From: an uncultured Lachnospiraceae bacterium
Lineage (GTDB): Bacteria; Bacillota; Clostridia; Lachnospirales; Lachnospiraceae
Direction: 5' to 3'
Assembly (NCBI GenBank): GCA_937885345.1
Contig: CAKZZH010000132.1
Span: 350-64,349, forward strand
Length of the DNA: 64,000 bases
Below the pieces are notes generated by a model, which saw nothing but the letters and a program-made list of their open reading frames with translations, ran no database searches and was not told the origin of the DNA. Both the position numbers and the translations under genes were made by a program. Positions 36,929 through 45,407 of this stretch are shown here, one piece after another; the stretch's first letter is position 1; each line of letters opens with the position of its first letter.

Positions 36929-37582
36929 TTACTTGTCTGAATCATCTTCATCTTCAGGCGTCTTAGGTCTGACCGCGCCGCCCTCTTTCTCAATTTCACG
37001 GAAGAAACTCAGCGCAAAACCACTGATGGTCATCATTATAACACCGGGGCCCACCAGGGCTCCGATTATCATTGTTACCCTTGTAAACAGGAAGATGACA
37101 ACTTCAATTGCAATAAGCACTACAAGAAGAATTGTCTTGCCGAAATATCTCATGGATATTCTCATGGAATTCTTGATCGTTCTGAAGACGGTATTATCAT
37201 ATCTCGCAAGAAGCGGATAGGTATACAGCATAGCGATCAGGAAGAGGAATATTGTAAGAAATACTATGATAAAAACCCACAATTCATCACTCATTGAAAC
37301 AAGGCTCAAATCCAGATATATTACAACGGCAAACAGCAGCGTTATCGGACTGAGAATAAAGCCGGGCTTCAGATTCGCTTTAAACGCCTTAAAAAAGCCT
37401 CTTACAACATAGCCCTCATTCTCATCGAGCATTTTAAGGATAACGGTATATGCGGCGATTGTAGATACTCCAATGGTTACAAGAGGGAGACTGCAAACAA
37501 ACCATACCACATTAATCTTGATTATGTCCCACAATCTTGATAGGAATTTGTATAAAGGTCCGTCCGCACTAAAAAACTTCAT
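36929..37582 (-). CDS. DUF624 (YesL-like) membrane protein
   Basis: Started at MKFFSADGPLYKF (ATG 37582, AGGAG RBS). Multi-pass. This family is usually linked to sugar ABC loci. Confidence 0.7.
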   Translation of the reverse strand: MKFFSADGPLYKFLSRLWDIIKINVVWFVCSLPLVTIGVSTIAAYTVILKMLDENEGYVVRGFFKAFKANLKPGFILSPITLLFAVVIYLDLSLVSMSDELWVFIIVFLTIFLFLIAMLYTYPLLARYDNTVFRTIKNSMRISMRYFGKTILLVVLIAIEVVIFLFTRVTMIIGALVGPGVIMMTISGFALSFFREIEKEGGAVRPKTPEDEDDSDK

Positions 37583-37669
37583 AGCTTGATCTCCTCGTAA
37601 ACATATACTACCATTATTCGCCAAAACACTTAAAATATCAAGTAAAACAAGTTATTCCCCGTCCAATAA

Positions 37670-37719
37670 AAGCAGGTTATATTGAACCGATATGTCACCG
37701 ATACCAATATAACCTGCTT
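37670..37719 (-). terminator. terminator after the binding-protein gene
   Basis: 15-bp perfect stem AAGCAGGTTATATTG / CAATATAACCTGCTT followed on the minus strand by TTATTGG. Confidence 0.6.
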
Positions 37720-37774
37720 ATGTTTATCCTTTAATTAACCACACGTTAACCCGATTACTGTCATCTGATGATAA

Positions 37775-39568
37775 TTACTTCATATGCTCAATGACAGCAT
37801 CCTGAGTTGCCTTACGAGCGGCAGCCTGCTCCTCAAAGTACTTGGTGATCTCATCGTAAGCACATGTTCCTGTATCAACATTGGTATATGCTCTTGCGTT
37901 TTTGATCATCTCTTCGATGTATGCGTCACAAGCTTCCTCTGTATCTGCGGTCATTGCCTGCCATGTCTTGGTTCTGATGATCTCAGCGATCTGATCCTGG
38001 TTAGTCTGAAGTGAAGCAGAGTATGTCTTAAGAGGTGTAAGCTCGAAACCTGAAGCGATCTCTACAACATAACTGTCTGTGCCTCTGTTCTCAAAGTACT
38101 CTGTAACACTATCGGCACCTGCCCATTCTCTCCACTCTTTTTCAATCTCAGACTTAGCCTCTGTACCAACATTACTTTCCCACTTCTTCCTGTTATAAGG
38201 CTCACCTGACTCAGGGTTAATGGCATCTGTAGACCAGGTTGTATTGTTGTGCTCAGGATTTCCTTCACTGAACATTGTTCCGCAGTACTTGGCATATTCT
38301 TCATTATCCGTTGTCATTACGGTATCAGTATCAGCAGCACAAGCTGCACCAAGCTCTGTAAAATATGTCTTACCGTTCTCATCATAATCCCAGCAAAGAC
38401 CCTTAGGACCGTAATCGGTTGTAAGTCTTCCTTCAGGTGTGCAGAGGTAGTTGATGATCTGCATACAAATATCAGGATACTTGGTATTGGCACCGATCGA
38501 CCATACTCTGTTACCACCGTTAACGTCCATACCGTATACAACAGGTGTAGCCTCGGTAGGAGCTACGGAGTACATTGCCTTGCCTTCTGCAAGATGTTCA
38601 TCAGTGTTATACTGCTCAGAACCTGCATAATTGAAGATTGAGAAGAAGTATCCGCCAAGCTTCATCTTTTCAGCCATACCGTCCCACTTTCTCGTCTCTG
38701 ACTCAGGGTCCATAAGGCCGAGTCTGTAAAGCTTGTTATAGAAGCGGATCATCTCAATGTAAGGACCATCCTCATCAAGAGGTCCGTAATACTTACCGGT
38801 TGCAGGATCATAAAGACCTGTACCGAACTCATCATATCCATAATAGCATGATGCTGTAGACTTAACATACATAACCATGTTTCCGTCCCAGTCATTCCAA
38901 GGAGCCACTGCATATGTAGGATTGCCAAGTTCATCTGTAGGACAGATTTCCTTCATATCGAGAAGTACCTCTACAAGTCCGTCAAGGTCCTTGATCTCAG
39001 GGCATCCAAGTTCCTGATAAAGGTCAAATCTAAGATCCCATGAATACATGAATGACTCATGATCTTCGGGGTTTGTCGCTACATTATGACCGAAACCTAC
39101 AGTAGGAGCGGTACCCTCGATACCTGCAGCTTTATAAGCAGCCTGGTTAAGTTCCTGGTTATGAATAAGGGCCTGCTGCATATTCTCATAGATGTAAGGT
39201 CCATAATTCTGTACAAGCTCATCCTTGTTCCAGTCAAGAAGAAGTCCGCCTGTTACGGCACTTCTGTACTGAGCACCATTATCTCCCCAGATATTGATGT
39301 CGGCCATCTCTCCACTCTCAAGCATCGTTGTAAGAACATTTCCGTCGGGGTCGTTAACGATGTTAATCCTGACACCAAATTTCTCCTTCATTATTTCTGC
39401 CCACCAGCCGGTCTGATAACCGCTGAAGTTAGCGAGCTGTGAGAAAATCTTGATCTCAGTAAGCTCTCCGCCTGAAGCGCCACCGGTACAACCCGTAGCG
39501 GCAACAGTTCCAAGCACCATTGCTGCAAGTGATGCACCTGCAACAAGACGTTTGAAAATTCTTTTCAT
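37775..39568 (-). CDS. large extracellular solute-binding lipoprotein (LplA-like)
   Basis: 597 aa. Lipobox ATGC. AGGAGG RBS. Confidence 0.85.
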   Translation of the reverse strand: MKRIFKRLVAGASLAAMVLGTVAATGCTGGASGGELTEIKIFSQLANFSGYQTGWWAEIMKEKFGVRINIVNDPDGNVLTTMLESGEMADINIWGDNGAQYRSAVTGGLLLDWNKDELVQNYGPYIYENMQQALIHNQELNQAAYKAAGIEGTAPTVGFGHNVATNPEDHESFMYSWDLRFDLYQELGCPEIKDLDGLVEVLLDMKEICPTDELGNPTYAVAPWNDWDGNMVMYVKSTASCYYGYDEFGTGLYDPATGKYYGPLDEDGPYIEMIRFYNKLYRLGLMDPESETRKWDGMAEKMKLGGYFFSIFNYAGSEQYNTDEHLAEGKAMYSVAPTEATPVVYGMDVNGGNRVWSIGANTKYPDICMQIINYLCTPEGRLTTDYGPKGLCWDYDENGKTYFTELGAACAADTDTVMTTDNEEYAKYCGTMFSEGNPEHNNTTWSTDAINPESGEPYNRKKWESNVGTEAKSEIEKEWREWAGADSVTEYFENRGTDSYVVEIASGFELTPLKTYSASLQTNQDQIAEIIRTKTWQAMTADTEEACDAYIEEMIKNARAYTNVDTGTCAYDEITKYFEEQAAARKATQDAVIEHMK

Positions 39569-39626
39569 TGCTTTTCCTCCTTTAAATTAGTACTTTTTTA
39601 AATTAATTATAGATAATGTACAATAA

Positions 39627-40586
39627 TCAGCCCTTAACTGCACCGAGCATAATTCCTTCCTCGAAATATCTCTGCATGAAAGGATATACGATAAGAATAG
39701 GAATAAGTGTTGCCATGGAAACCGTATATTTAACAGCCTGCGATGAGAGTTTCTTGACGGTTTCGGGATCGACATCCACACCGCCTGTGTTCTGTCCGAT
39801 CGATGTGATCTGTGTCAGATAAATATACAACTTGTGCTGTAAAGTATGTAATTCCGGAGCGTTCGACATAAGGATAAGTGAATCCTGGAAGGAGTTCCAG
39901 TTACCAACCGCTCCGAATATCGCGATGGTTGCCAGAATCGGTTTACATAGCGGCCATATGATACTTCGGAAAATCTTCATATGGCTCGCGCCATCAATAA
40001 AGGCGCTTTCCTCAAGTTCTGCCGGAATCGACTCAATATAGGTCTTAACAAGAATGATATTGTAAGGAGCCACAATTCCGGGAATGATATATGCAAGATA
40101 GTTACCGGTCAGACCGAGCATTGACATATTCATATACCAGGGAATGATTCCTGCGTTAAAGTACATAGTTATAACGAGAAGTCTGTACCATACTTTACGT
40201 CCCCAAAGTTCCTTCTTGGTAACAAGGTATCCGATAAGCGCGGAAGCAAGTACCATTACCGCAGTACCGAGAATCGTTCTTGAAAGTGTTACGAAGAACG
40301 CTCTTAAGGTTGTCGAGTCCGTAATAATATTCTTGTAGTTCTCAAATGTAAAATTCTTAGGGAAGAATTTTACGATACCCTTTGAAACCGCATCACTGTC
40401 CGATACCGTGTTACAGAACAGGTACCAAAACGGGAAAAAGCATGCAAAGGTGAATAAAGCAAATATTGTATAATTAATAACGTTGAAAATAACATCACCG
40501 GCAGTAAGACGGTACATTCTCTTATGCTTACGCGCATAAGCCTTTTCAGCTTTCAATTCAGCTTTCTGAACATCACTCATAGCCAT
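39627..40586 (-). CDS. carbohydrate ABC permease (LplC-like)
   Basis: 319 aa, 6 TM, EAA-type loop (ESA.IDGAS..KIF..I..P). AGGAGG RBS. Confidence 0.9.
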   Translation of the reverse strand: MAMSDVQKAELKAEKAYARKHKRMYRLTAGDVIFNVINYTIFALFTFACFFPFWYLFCNTVSDSDAVSKGIVKFFPKNFTFENYKNIITDSTTLRAFFVTLSRTILGTAVMVLASALIGYLVTKKELWGRKVWYRLLVITMYFNAGIIPWYMNMSMLGLTGNYLAYIIPGIVAPYNIILVKTYIESIPAELEESAFIDGASHMKIFRSIIWPLCKPILATIAIFGAVGNWNSFQDSLILMSNAPELHTLQHKLYIYLTQITSIGQNTGGVDVDPETVKKLSSQAVKYTVSMATLIPILIVYPFMQRYFEEGIMLGAVKG

Positions 40587-40602
40587 AACAGACGCACCTC
40601 CT

Positions 40603-42108
40603 TTACATTATCGACTCGCCACGAATCAGCTTGGACACACCGTTTGCTATGAACAAAAGGATGACACTGACAAGTGACTTGGTCATACTGATAACCGTAG
40701 ATAAGGCAACGTTACCGCTACCGATACCCAGCTTATATACATACAGATCGAGGACGTTCAGATATTCTCTGTTGCTCGTATTGTCGAACACGAGGTACTG
40801 ATCCATACCGTTTGAAAGAATGTTTGCGATCTGCATAAGGAGGAGTACGAAGAATGTAGGGATAAGTCCCGGCACTGTTATGTGCCACATCTTCTGTCCT
40901 CGGCTCGCGCCGTCAACCGTCGCCGCTTCGTAGAGCTGCGGATCGATTCCGGAAATACCCGCAATATATATAATTGCGCTCCATCCAATACCTTTCCATG
41001 TTCCCCATGCCAACATTATAAGCCAGTTGACAGGACCCGTTACCTCGAGATGCGAACCGGTAAGTCCAAATACCGAGTTAATAAAGCCGTCGCCTGAGAA
41101 CAAAGCAAATGCAAGGGAGTAAACAAGAACCCAGCTGACGAAGTTGGGGATTGTTGTAAATACCTGAACGACTCTCTTAAACCACTTGGTCTTGATTTCG
41201 TTAAGCATTATCGCGAATGCGATAGGAAGCCATGATGTAGCAACTCCGAGGCCACTCATCGCAAGTGTGTTACGAAGCACCTTAAGAACATCGGCTCTTG
41301 TCGCAGCATCTTTAAACAGGAATGTAAAATAATACGTACCTGCCCACCTGCTTGCATCCAGCGGTTGTCCTGCCTCATAGTGGAAGAACGCATATCTCCA
41401 GCCCCACAGAGGAAGGTATGAGAATACGAATACCAGCAAAAGGAAAGGAAGAAGTATAAGGAATAATTTATACTTGGTTGCCATTTCGTATTTAACTGTC
41501 TTATCACTCTTCGGGATAAGAAGAAATGCCACAACAGAAGTAACAAATACCACTATGGCAAGTACAAGAAATACGTAGAAGCCATATGGTATGGTTCCCG
41601 TAATCTCGCCGAGTTTGTCAGATGTCTTGCCCGCAGCGGCTGCAAGTTCATCATATGCTTTGGCGTTGTCATACATCTTGTCTCTTATAAATATAACAAG
41701 AGCAAGAGAAACACCTACAAAGAGACTTCCTACCATCGATAAAATAGTGGAAAGTTTCTTCATCTTGGTGTTACCGAGAGATGCCCCCGCACCTCCGCCA
41801 CAGATGGCGATACCCACTATACCAAGAATCGAGAATACCTGCAGGAGTTGGATATGAATCGCAAGAACAGGAACAGCGCCGCCGCCCACATTCATCATAT
41901 CTCTTCCGAGAGTACCAAGGTTCTTCGTAAGACCGCTATATGAAATAGCGGATGTGAAGTAAGACACGCCCGAACTGATAAAGGCCAATACTCTTGTCGG
42001 AGCAAAGGCAGGGAAAAACATCAGCATAACCATAAGAAGCGCTGCAACTCTGGTGAACCAGAACAGTTTCTCTGATGCTTTAACTCCCTTAGTCAAGTTT
42101 TCTTTCAT
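40603..42108 (-). CDS. carbohydrate ABC permease (LplB-like) with an extra N-terminal membrane module of about 200 aa
   Basis: 501 aa. The C-terminal part (about 300 aa) is a normal permease (EAA loop YEAATVDGASRGQKMWHIT.P). The N-terminal part has about 5 extra hydrophobic helices. Confidence 0.85.
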   Translation of the reverse strand: MKENLTKGVKASEKLFWFTRVAALLMVMLMFFPAFAPTRVLAFISSGVSYFTSAISYSGLTKNLGTLGRDMMNVGGGAVPVLAIHIQLLQVFSILGIVGIAICGGGAGASLGNTKMKKLSTILSMVGSLFVGVSLALVIFIRDKMYDNAKAYDELAAAAGKTSDKLGEITGTIPYGFYVFLVLAIVVFVTSVVAFLLIPKSDKTVKYEMATKYKLFLILLPFLLLVFVFSYLPLWGWRYAFFHYEAGQPLDASRWAGTYYFTFLFKDAATRADVLKVLRNTLAMSGLGVATSWLPIAFAIMLNEIKTKWFKRVVQVFTTIPNFVSWVLVYSLAFALFSGDGFINSVFGLTGSHLEVTGPVNWLIMLAWGTWKGIGWSAIIYIAGISGIDPQLYEAATVDGASRGQKMWHITVPGLIPTFFVLLLMQIANILSNGMDQYLVFDNTSNREYLNVLDLYVYKLGIGSGNVALSTVISMTKSLVSVILLFIANGVSKLIRGESIM

Positions 42109-42244
42109 TGTCTACCTCCTGATATAGGGCACAAGCCCCTCGTGAAACCGCAAAGAGCCAATTTCACTTTTACTTTAACATTATATAAGATAGCCCCGTA
42201 TTAAAATACAATAATAATTAAGAAAAATTACAGTAATTATTTAC

Positions 42245-42276
42245 ATAGAAATACCGCGCCGGATATACCGGCGCGG
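42245..42276 (-). terminator. terminator after the lipoprotein gene
   Basis: 9-bp GC stem CCGCGCCGG / CCGGCGCGG, ATATA loop, then TATTTCT on the minus strand. Confidence 0.6.
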
Positions 42277-42302
42277 CAGGTTAGCAATTCTCAATATTGA
42301 AA

Positions 42303-42974
42303 TTACTCGGTAATTCCTGAGATCGTAAATGTAACCTCAACAGATTTTACAGGTGTTGAATAGTAACCGATTGTCTTGATCTCTTCATCCCAGTTGTTCT
42401 GGATGTTGATAGAGATATAATCGCTGTCATCGGGAATCTTGAATCCTACATCGCTGAGTGTAACGTTAGATCCGTTAACCTTAAGAACTACATCGCTGAT
42501 CGTGATAGCCTCAGAATAAGGAACATCGGTAGATACGAAGATAAGGTTCATATAATCCTGTGTCTCAAATGCTGTATCTTCAAATTCAAGGTTCTCAGCC
42601 TTAACGGTATATGTACCATCGCCCTTGATCTCGGTATCTGTAAGATCACCGGGAAGGTCTGACCAAACACCGTCGGTTGACTTGTGGATCTTGCTGAAGT
42701 CAAGTCCTTCTGAACCATCAATACCTGTTGAAGGATTGTTCCATGCATCTCTGAATGACCAGTCAGCTGTCTGTAAACCGATATATGCGTTATATACGGT
42801 TCCTGTGTAAGCCTCTGTAGTTGCCTCTGTAGTCGCATCTGTAGTTGCCTCACTTGAAGAAGCTGCCTTGTCTGAAGAAGCTGCGCTGCTTGAAGAAGAT
42901 GTACCTGTACATCCTGCAAAGAGTGCCATTGTTGTAACAGCTGCTACTACTGTACAAAGAATTCTCTTTTTCAT
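42303..42974 (-). CDS. lipoprotein, unknown function
   Basis: 223 aa. Lipobox FAGC, Ser/Thr-rich linker, beta-rich body. AGGAGG RBS. Heads the ABC locus. Confidence 0.65.
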   Translation of the reverse strand: MKKRILCTVVAAVTTMALFAGCTGTSSSSSAASSDKAASSSEATTDATTEATTEAYTGTVYNAYIGLQTADWSFRDAWNNPSTGIDGSEGLDFSKIHKSTDGVWSDLPGDLTDTEIKGDGTYTVKAENLEFEDTAFETQDYMNLIFVSTDVPYSEAITISDVVLKVNGSNVTLSDVGFKIPDDSDYISINIQNNWDEEIKTIGYYSTPVKSVEVTFTISGITE

Positions 42975-43087
42975 TTTGTAAATCCTCCTTAAAATGTGTA
43001 CTCACATTGCCCCTTGGCAAGTAAGAATTGTATTGCCGGCCAGGCCGGCGCGCAGGGAAATTCACACACTCTCCCTTACGGTAGCAT

Positions 43088-43116
43088 ATGATAACACCAT
43101 CAAAATCAAGTGTCAA
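43088..43116 (-). promoter_or_regulatory. candidate promoter of the lipoprotein/ABC locus
   Basis: Minus strand: TTGACA (43116-43111), 17-nt spacer, TGtTATCAT (-10 at 43093-43088). Confidence 0.55.
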
Positions 43117-43271
43117 CGCTATTATTTTATATAAAATACACTAGGAATTCGATATTTTATAAGTAATAGATCAGTCTGACCGAAATGATCTGCCTATGAC
43201 AGTTTCGGGGACAAGCGAACCTGAGTTAGCCTAAACCTACCAAAGTTAGGGGTTTGAACGCATTTATGTTC

Positions 43272-43300
43272 TTGCAAGCCCTATTTTGCTATGATATAAT
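43272..43300 (+). promoter_or_regulatory. candidate ferredoxin promoter
   Basis: TTGCAA (43272-43277), 17-nt spacer, TGaTATAAT (43292-43300). Confidence 0.6.
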
Positions 43301-43347
43301 GACAATGTATTATATGAAACGCACAATTACATAGGAGGTGCATAAAT

Positions 43348-43518
43348 ATGGCATACGTTATTTCTGACGAGTGCATCAGCTGCGGTTCTTGCGTATCAGG
43401 ATGTCCTGCTAACGCTATTTCTCAGGGAGATGCACATTATGAGATCGACAAGGATGCTTGTCTCTCATGCGGAGCTTGTGAAGCAACATGCCCTATGGGC
43501 GCAATTTCAGCAGAGTAA
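43348..43518 (+). CDS. 2x[4Fe-4S] clostridial-type ferredoxin (56 aa, below the ORF-track cutoff)
   Basis: Hand translation: MAYVISDECISCGSCVSGCPANAISQGDAHYEIDKDACLSCGACEATCPMGAISAE. Two CxxCxxCxxxCP motifs. AGGAGG RBS 8 nt upstream. Confidence 0.9.
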   Translation: MAYVISDECISCGSCVSGCPANAISQGDAHYEIDKDACLSCGACEATCPMGAISAE

Positions 43519-43570
43519 TCAGGATCAAACCTTATTTATTATGCGGATCGCCCTTAGGCAACCATAGACA

Positions 43571-43604
43571 AAGCCCTTGAACCATCAGGTTCAGGGGCTT
43601 TTCT
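43571..43604 (+). terminator. ferredoxin terminator overlapping the dnaB 3' end
   Basis: Stem AAGCCCTTGAACC / GGTTCAGGGGCTT followed by TTCT. Confidence 0.55.
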
Positions 43605-44958
43605 GAGAATCCACATATTGTTCATCTTCTTTGCGGATGAGATCGGCAAATTTGGTGTATTCGGGGATCCATGCAAGTTTGACGGTACCAACGGCGCCGT
43701 TTCTGTGCTTTGCGATTATAACCTCCGAAACATTCTTGGTCTCACTATCCTTGTGATAATAATCATCACGATATATAAAAGTTACCATATCGGCATCCTG
43801 CTCAATCGCACCGGACTCACGCAAATCCGAGAGCATGGGCCTCTTGTCGGGACGGCTCTCCACTGCACGTCCGAGCTGAGAAAGCGCCAGGAGCGGAACA
43901 TTAAGTTCTCTGGCAACTCCTTTAAGACCTCTGGAAATCTCGGCAACTTCGTTCTGTCTTGACTCAGCTTTACCGCTGCCCGTCATAAGCTGGATATAAT
44001 CGATCACGATCATGTCGAGCTGGTTCTTGGCAGCCAGTGAACGGCATTTGCTCCTGAGCTCGTTAACCGTAATACCGGGAGTATCGTCAATATGAAGATT
44101 GGATACACCTATCCTGGAAGCACTTTCGGATATAGGAGTCCACTCCTTCGCTTCAATATCACCGGAACGTATCCTGCCCGCATCAACATTGGCATCCATC
44201 GCAATAAGACGGTTTACAAGCTGGTCCTTGGGCATCTCCAAACTGAAGACAGCAACATGATAATTATTATATACCGCAGCATGAAAGGCAAAATTCAGTG
44301 CAAGCGCGGTCTTGCCCATCGCAGGTCTGGCAGCGATGATAATAAGATCCGATTTCTGGAAACCTCTGGTATACCAGTCAAGGTCACGGAATCCGGATGC
44401 GATACCGGTTATTTTACCGCCGGATTTGTTGGCATTCTCAATAAGTTTGATCGCACGGACAACTATGTCCTGTATCGGCTCAAATTCCTTGGAAGTCGTA
44501 TTCCTGACAATCTTGGCGACCTCATCCTCCGCATCCGCAAGGATATCAACCAGTTCTCTTTTATCGGCATACGCATTCTCGGAGAGATTCCCCAGCGTTC
44601 TTATAAGCTTACGAAGTACCGATTTGTTGCGGATTATCTCGGCATTACGCTCAACTCCCGCAGAAGTCGTGGCGTACTCGGTAACTTTACGGATGACTTC
44701 GATTCCGGTTGCTTCGGGCGGATAATCAAGACTCTTTGCCTTCTGCTGAATCTGGACCATATCAACAGGAAGCCCGGCTTCCTTAAGCTGCACCATTGTG
44801 TCATAGAGCATACCGTAACTGCGATTGTAGAAATCATCTTTAACAAGAATATCGCTTACGGTATCCACCGCTTTCTCATCCATCAGCATGGCGCCGATAA
44901 CCGCTAGTTCGGCCTCTTCGCTATGTGGCATTACATGTTTAATAACCGAATCATCCAT
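43591..44958 (-). CDS. dnaB: replicative DNA helicase
   Basis: 455 aa. PHSEEAELAVIGA N-terminus, Walker A ARPAMGKT, DnaB C-terminal motifs. Confidence 0.95.
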   Translation of the reverse strand: MDDSVIKHVMPHSEEAELAVIGAMLMDEKAVDTVSDILVKDDFYNRSYGMLYDTMVQLKEAGLPVDMVQIQQKAKSLDYPPEATGIEVIRKVTEYATTSAGVERNAEIIRNKSVLRKLIRTLGNLSENAYADKRELVDILADAEDEVAKIVRNTTSKEFEPIQDIVVRAIKLIENANKSGGKITGIASGFRDLDWYTRGFQKSDLIIIAARPAMGKTALALNFAFHAAVYNNYHVAVFSLEMPKDQLVNRLIAMDANVDAGRIRSGDIEAKEWTPISESASRIGVSNLHIDDTPGITVNELRSKCRSLAAKNQLDMIVIDYIQLMTGSGKAESRQNEVAEISRGLKGVARELNVPLLALSQLGRAVESRPDKRPMLSDLRESGAIEQDADMVTFIYRDDYYHKDSETKNVSEVIIAKHRNGAVGTVKLAWIPEYTKFADLIRKEDEQYVDSQKSP

Positions 44959-45407
44959 TACTTTTCCTCGCGTACCCTTACTGTAAGCTGCCCTGTAACG
45001 CCCTTGTGAAGCTTGATCTTAACGATTGAACTGCCGATGCTTCTTATGGGCTCATCAAGAACTATTTTCTTCTTGTCAACATCTATTCCGTGCTGCTTCT
45101 TAAGCGCCTCTGCAATCTCCTTGGAAGAAACGCTTCCAAAGGTCTTGCCATCCTTACCGGATTTGATCGTTGTATCTATACTGAGCCCTGCAAGTTTCTC
45201 TGCGAGTTCCTGCGCAGCTGCCAGATTCTCAGCCTCAACCTTATCCTCGTGAGCCTTCTTCAGTTTCTGATCGTTGAGATTCTTGGCATTCGCCTCAATT
45301 CCGAGTTTCCTGGGTATTATAAAATTACGGGCATATCCATCGGAAACCTCTACGGTTTCGCCCTTCTTACCTACATTTCTTACATCCTGTAACAGAATAA
45401 CTTTCAT
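44958..45407 (-). CDS. rplI: 50S ribosomal protein L9
   Basis: 149 aa. MKVILLQDV..GKKGE.VEVSDGYARNFIIP. Confidence 0.95.
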   Translation of the reverse strand: MKVILLQDVRNVGKKGETVEVSDGYARNFIIPRKLGIEANAKNLNDQKLKKAHEDKVEAENLAAAQELAEKLAGLSIDTTIKSGKDGKTFGSVSSKEIAEALKKQHGIDVDKKKIVLDEPIRSIGSSIVKIKLHKGVTGQLTVRVREEK

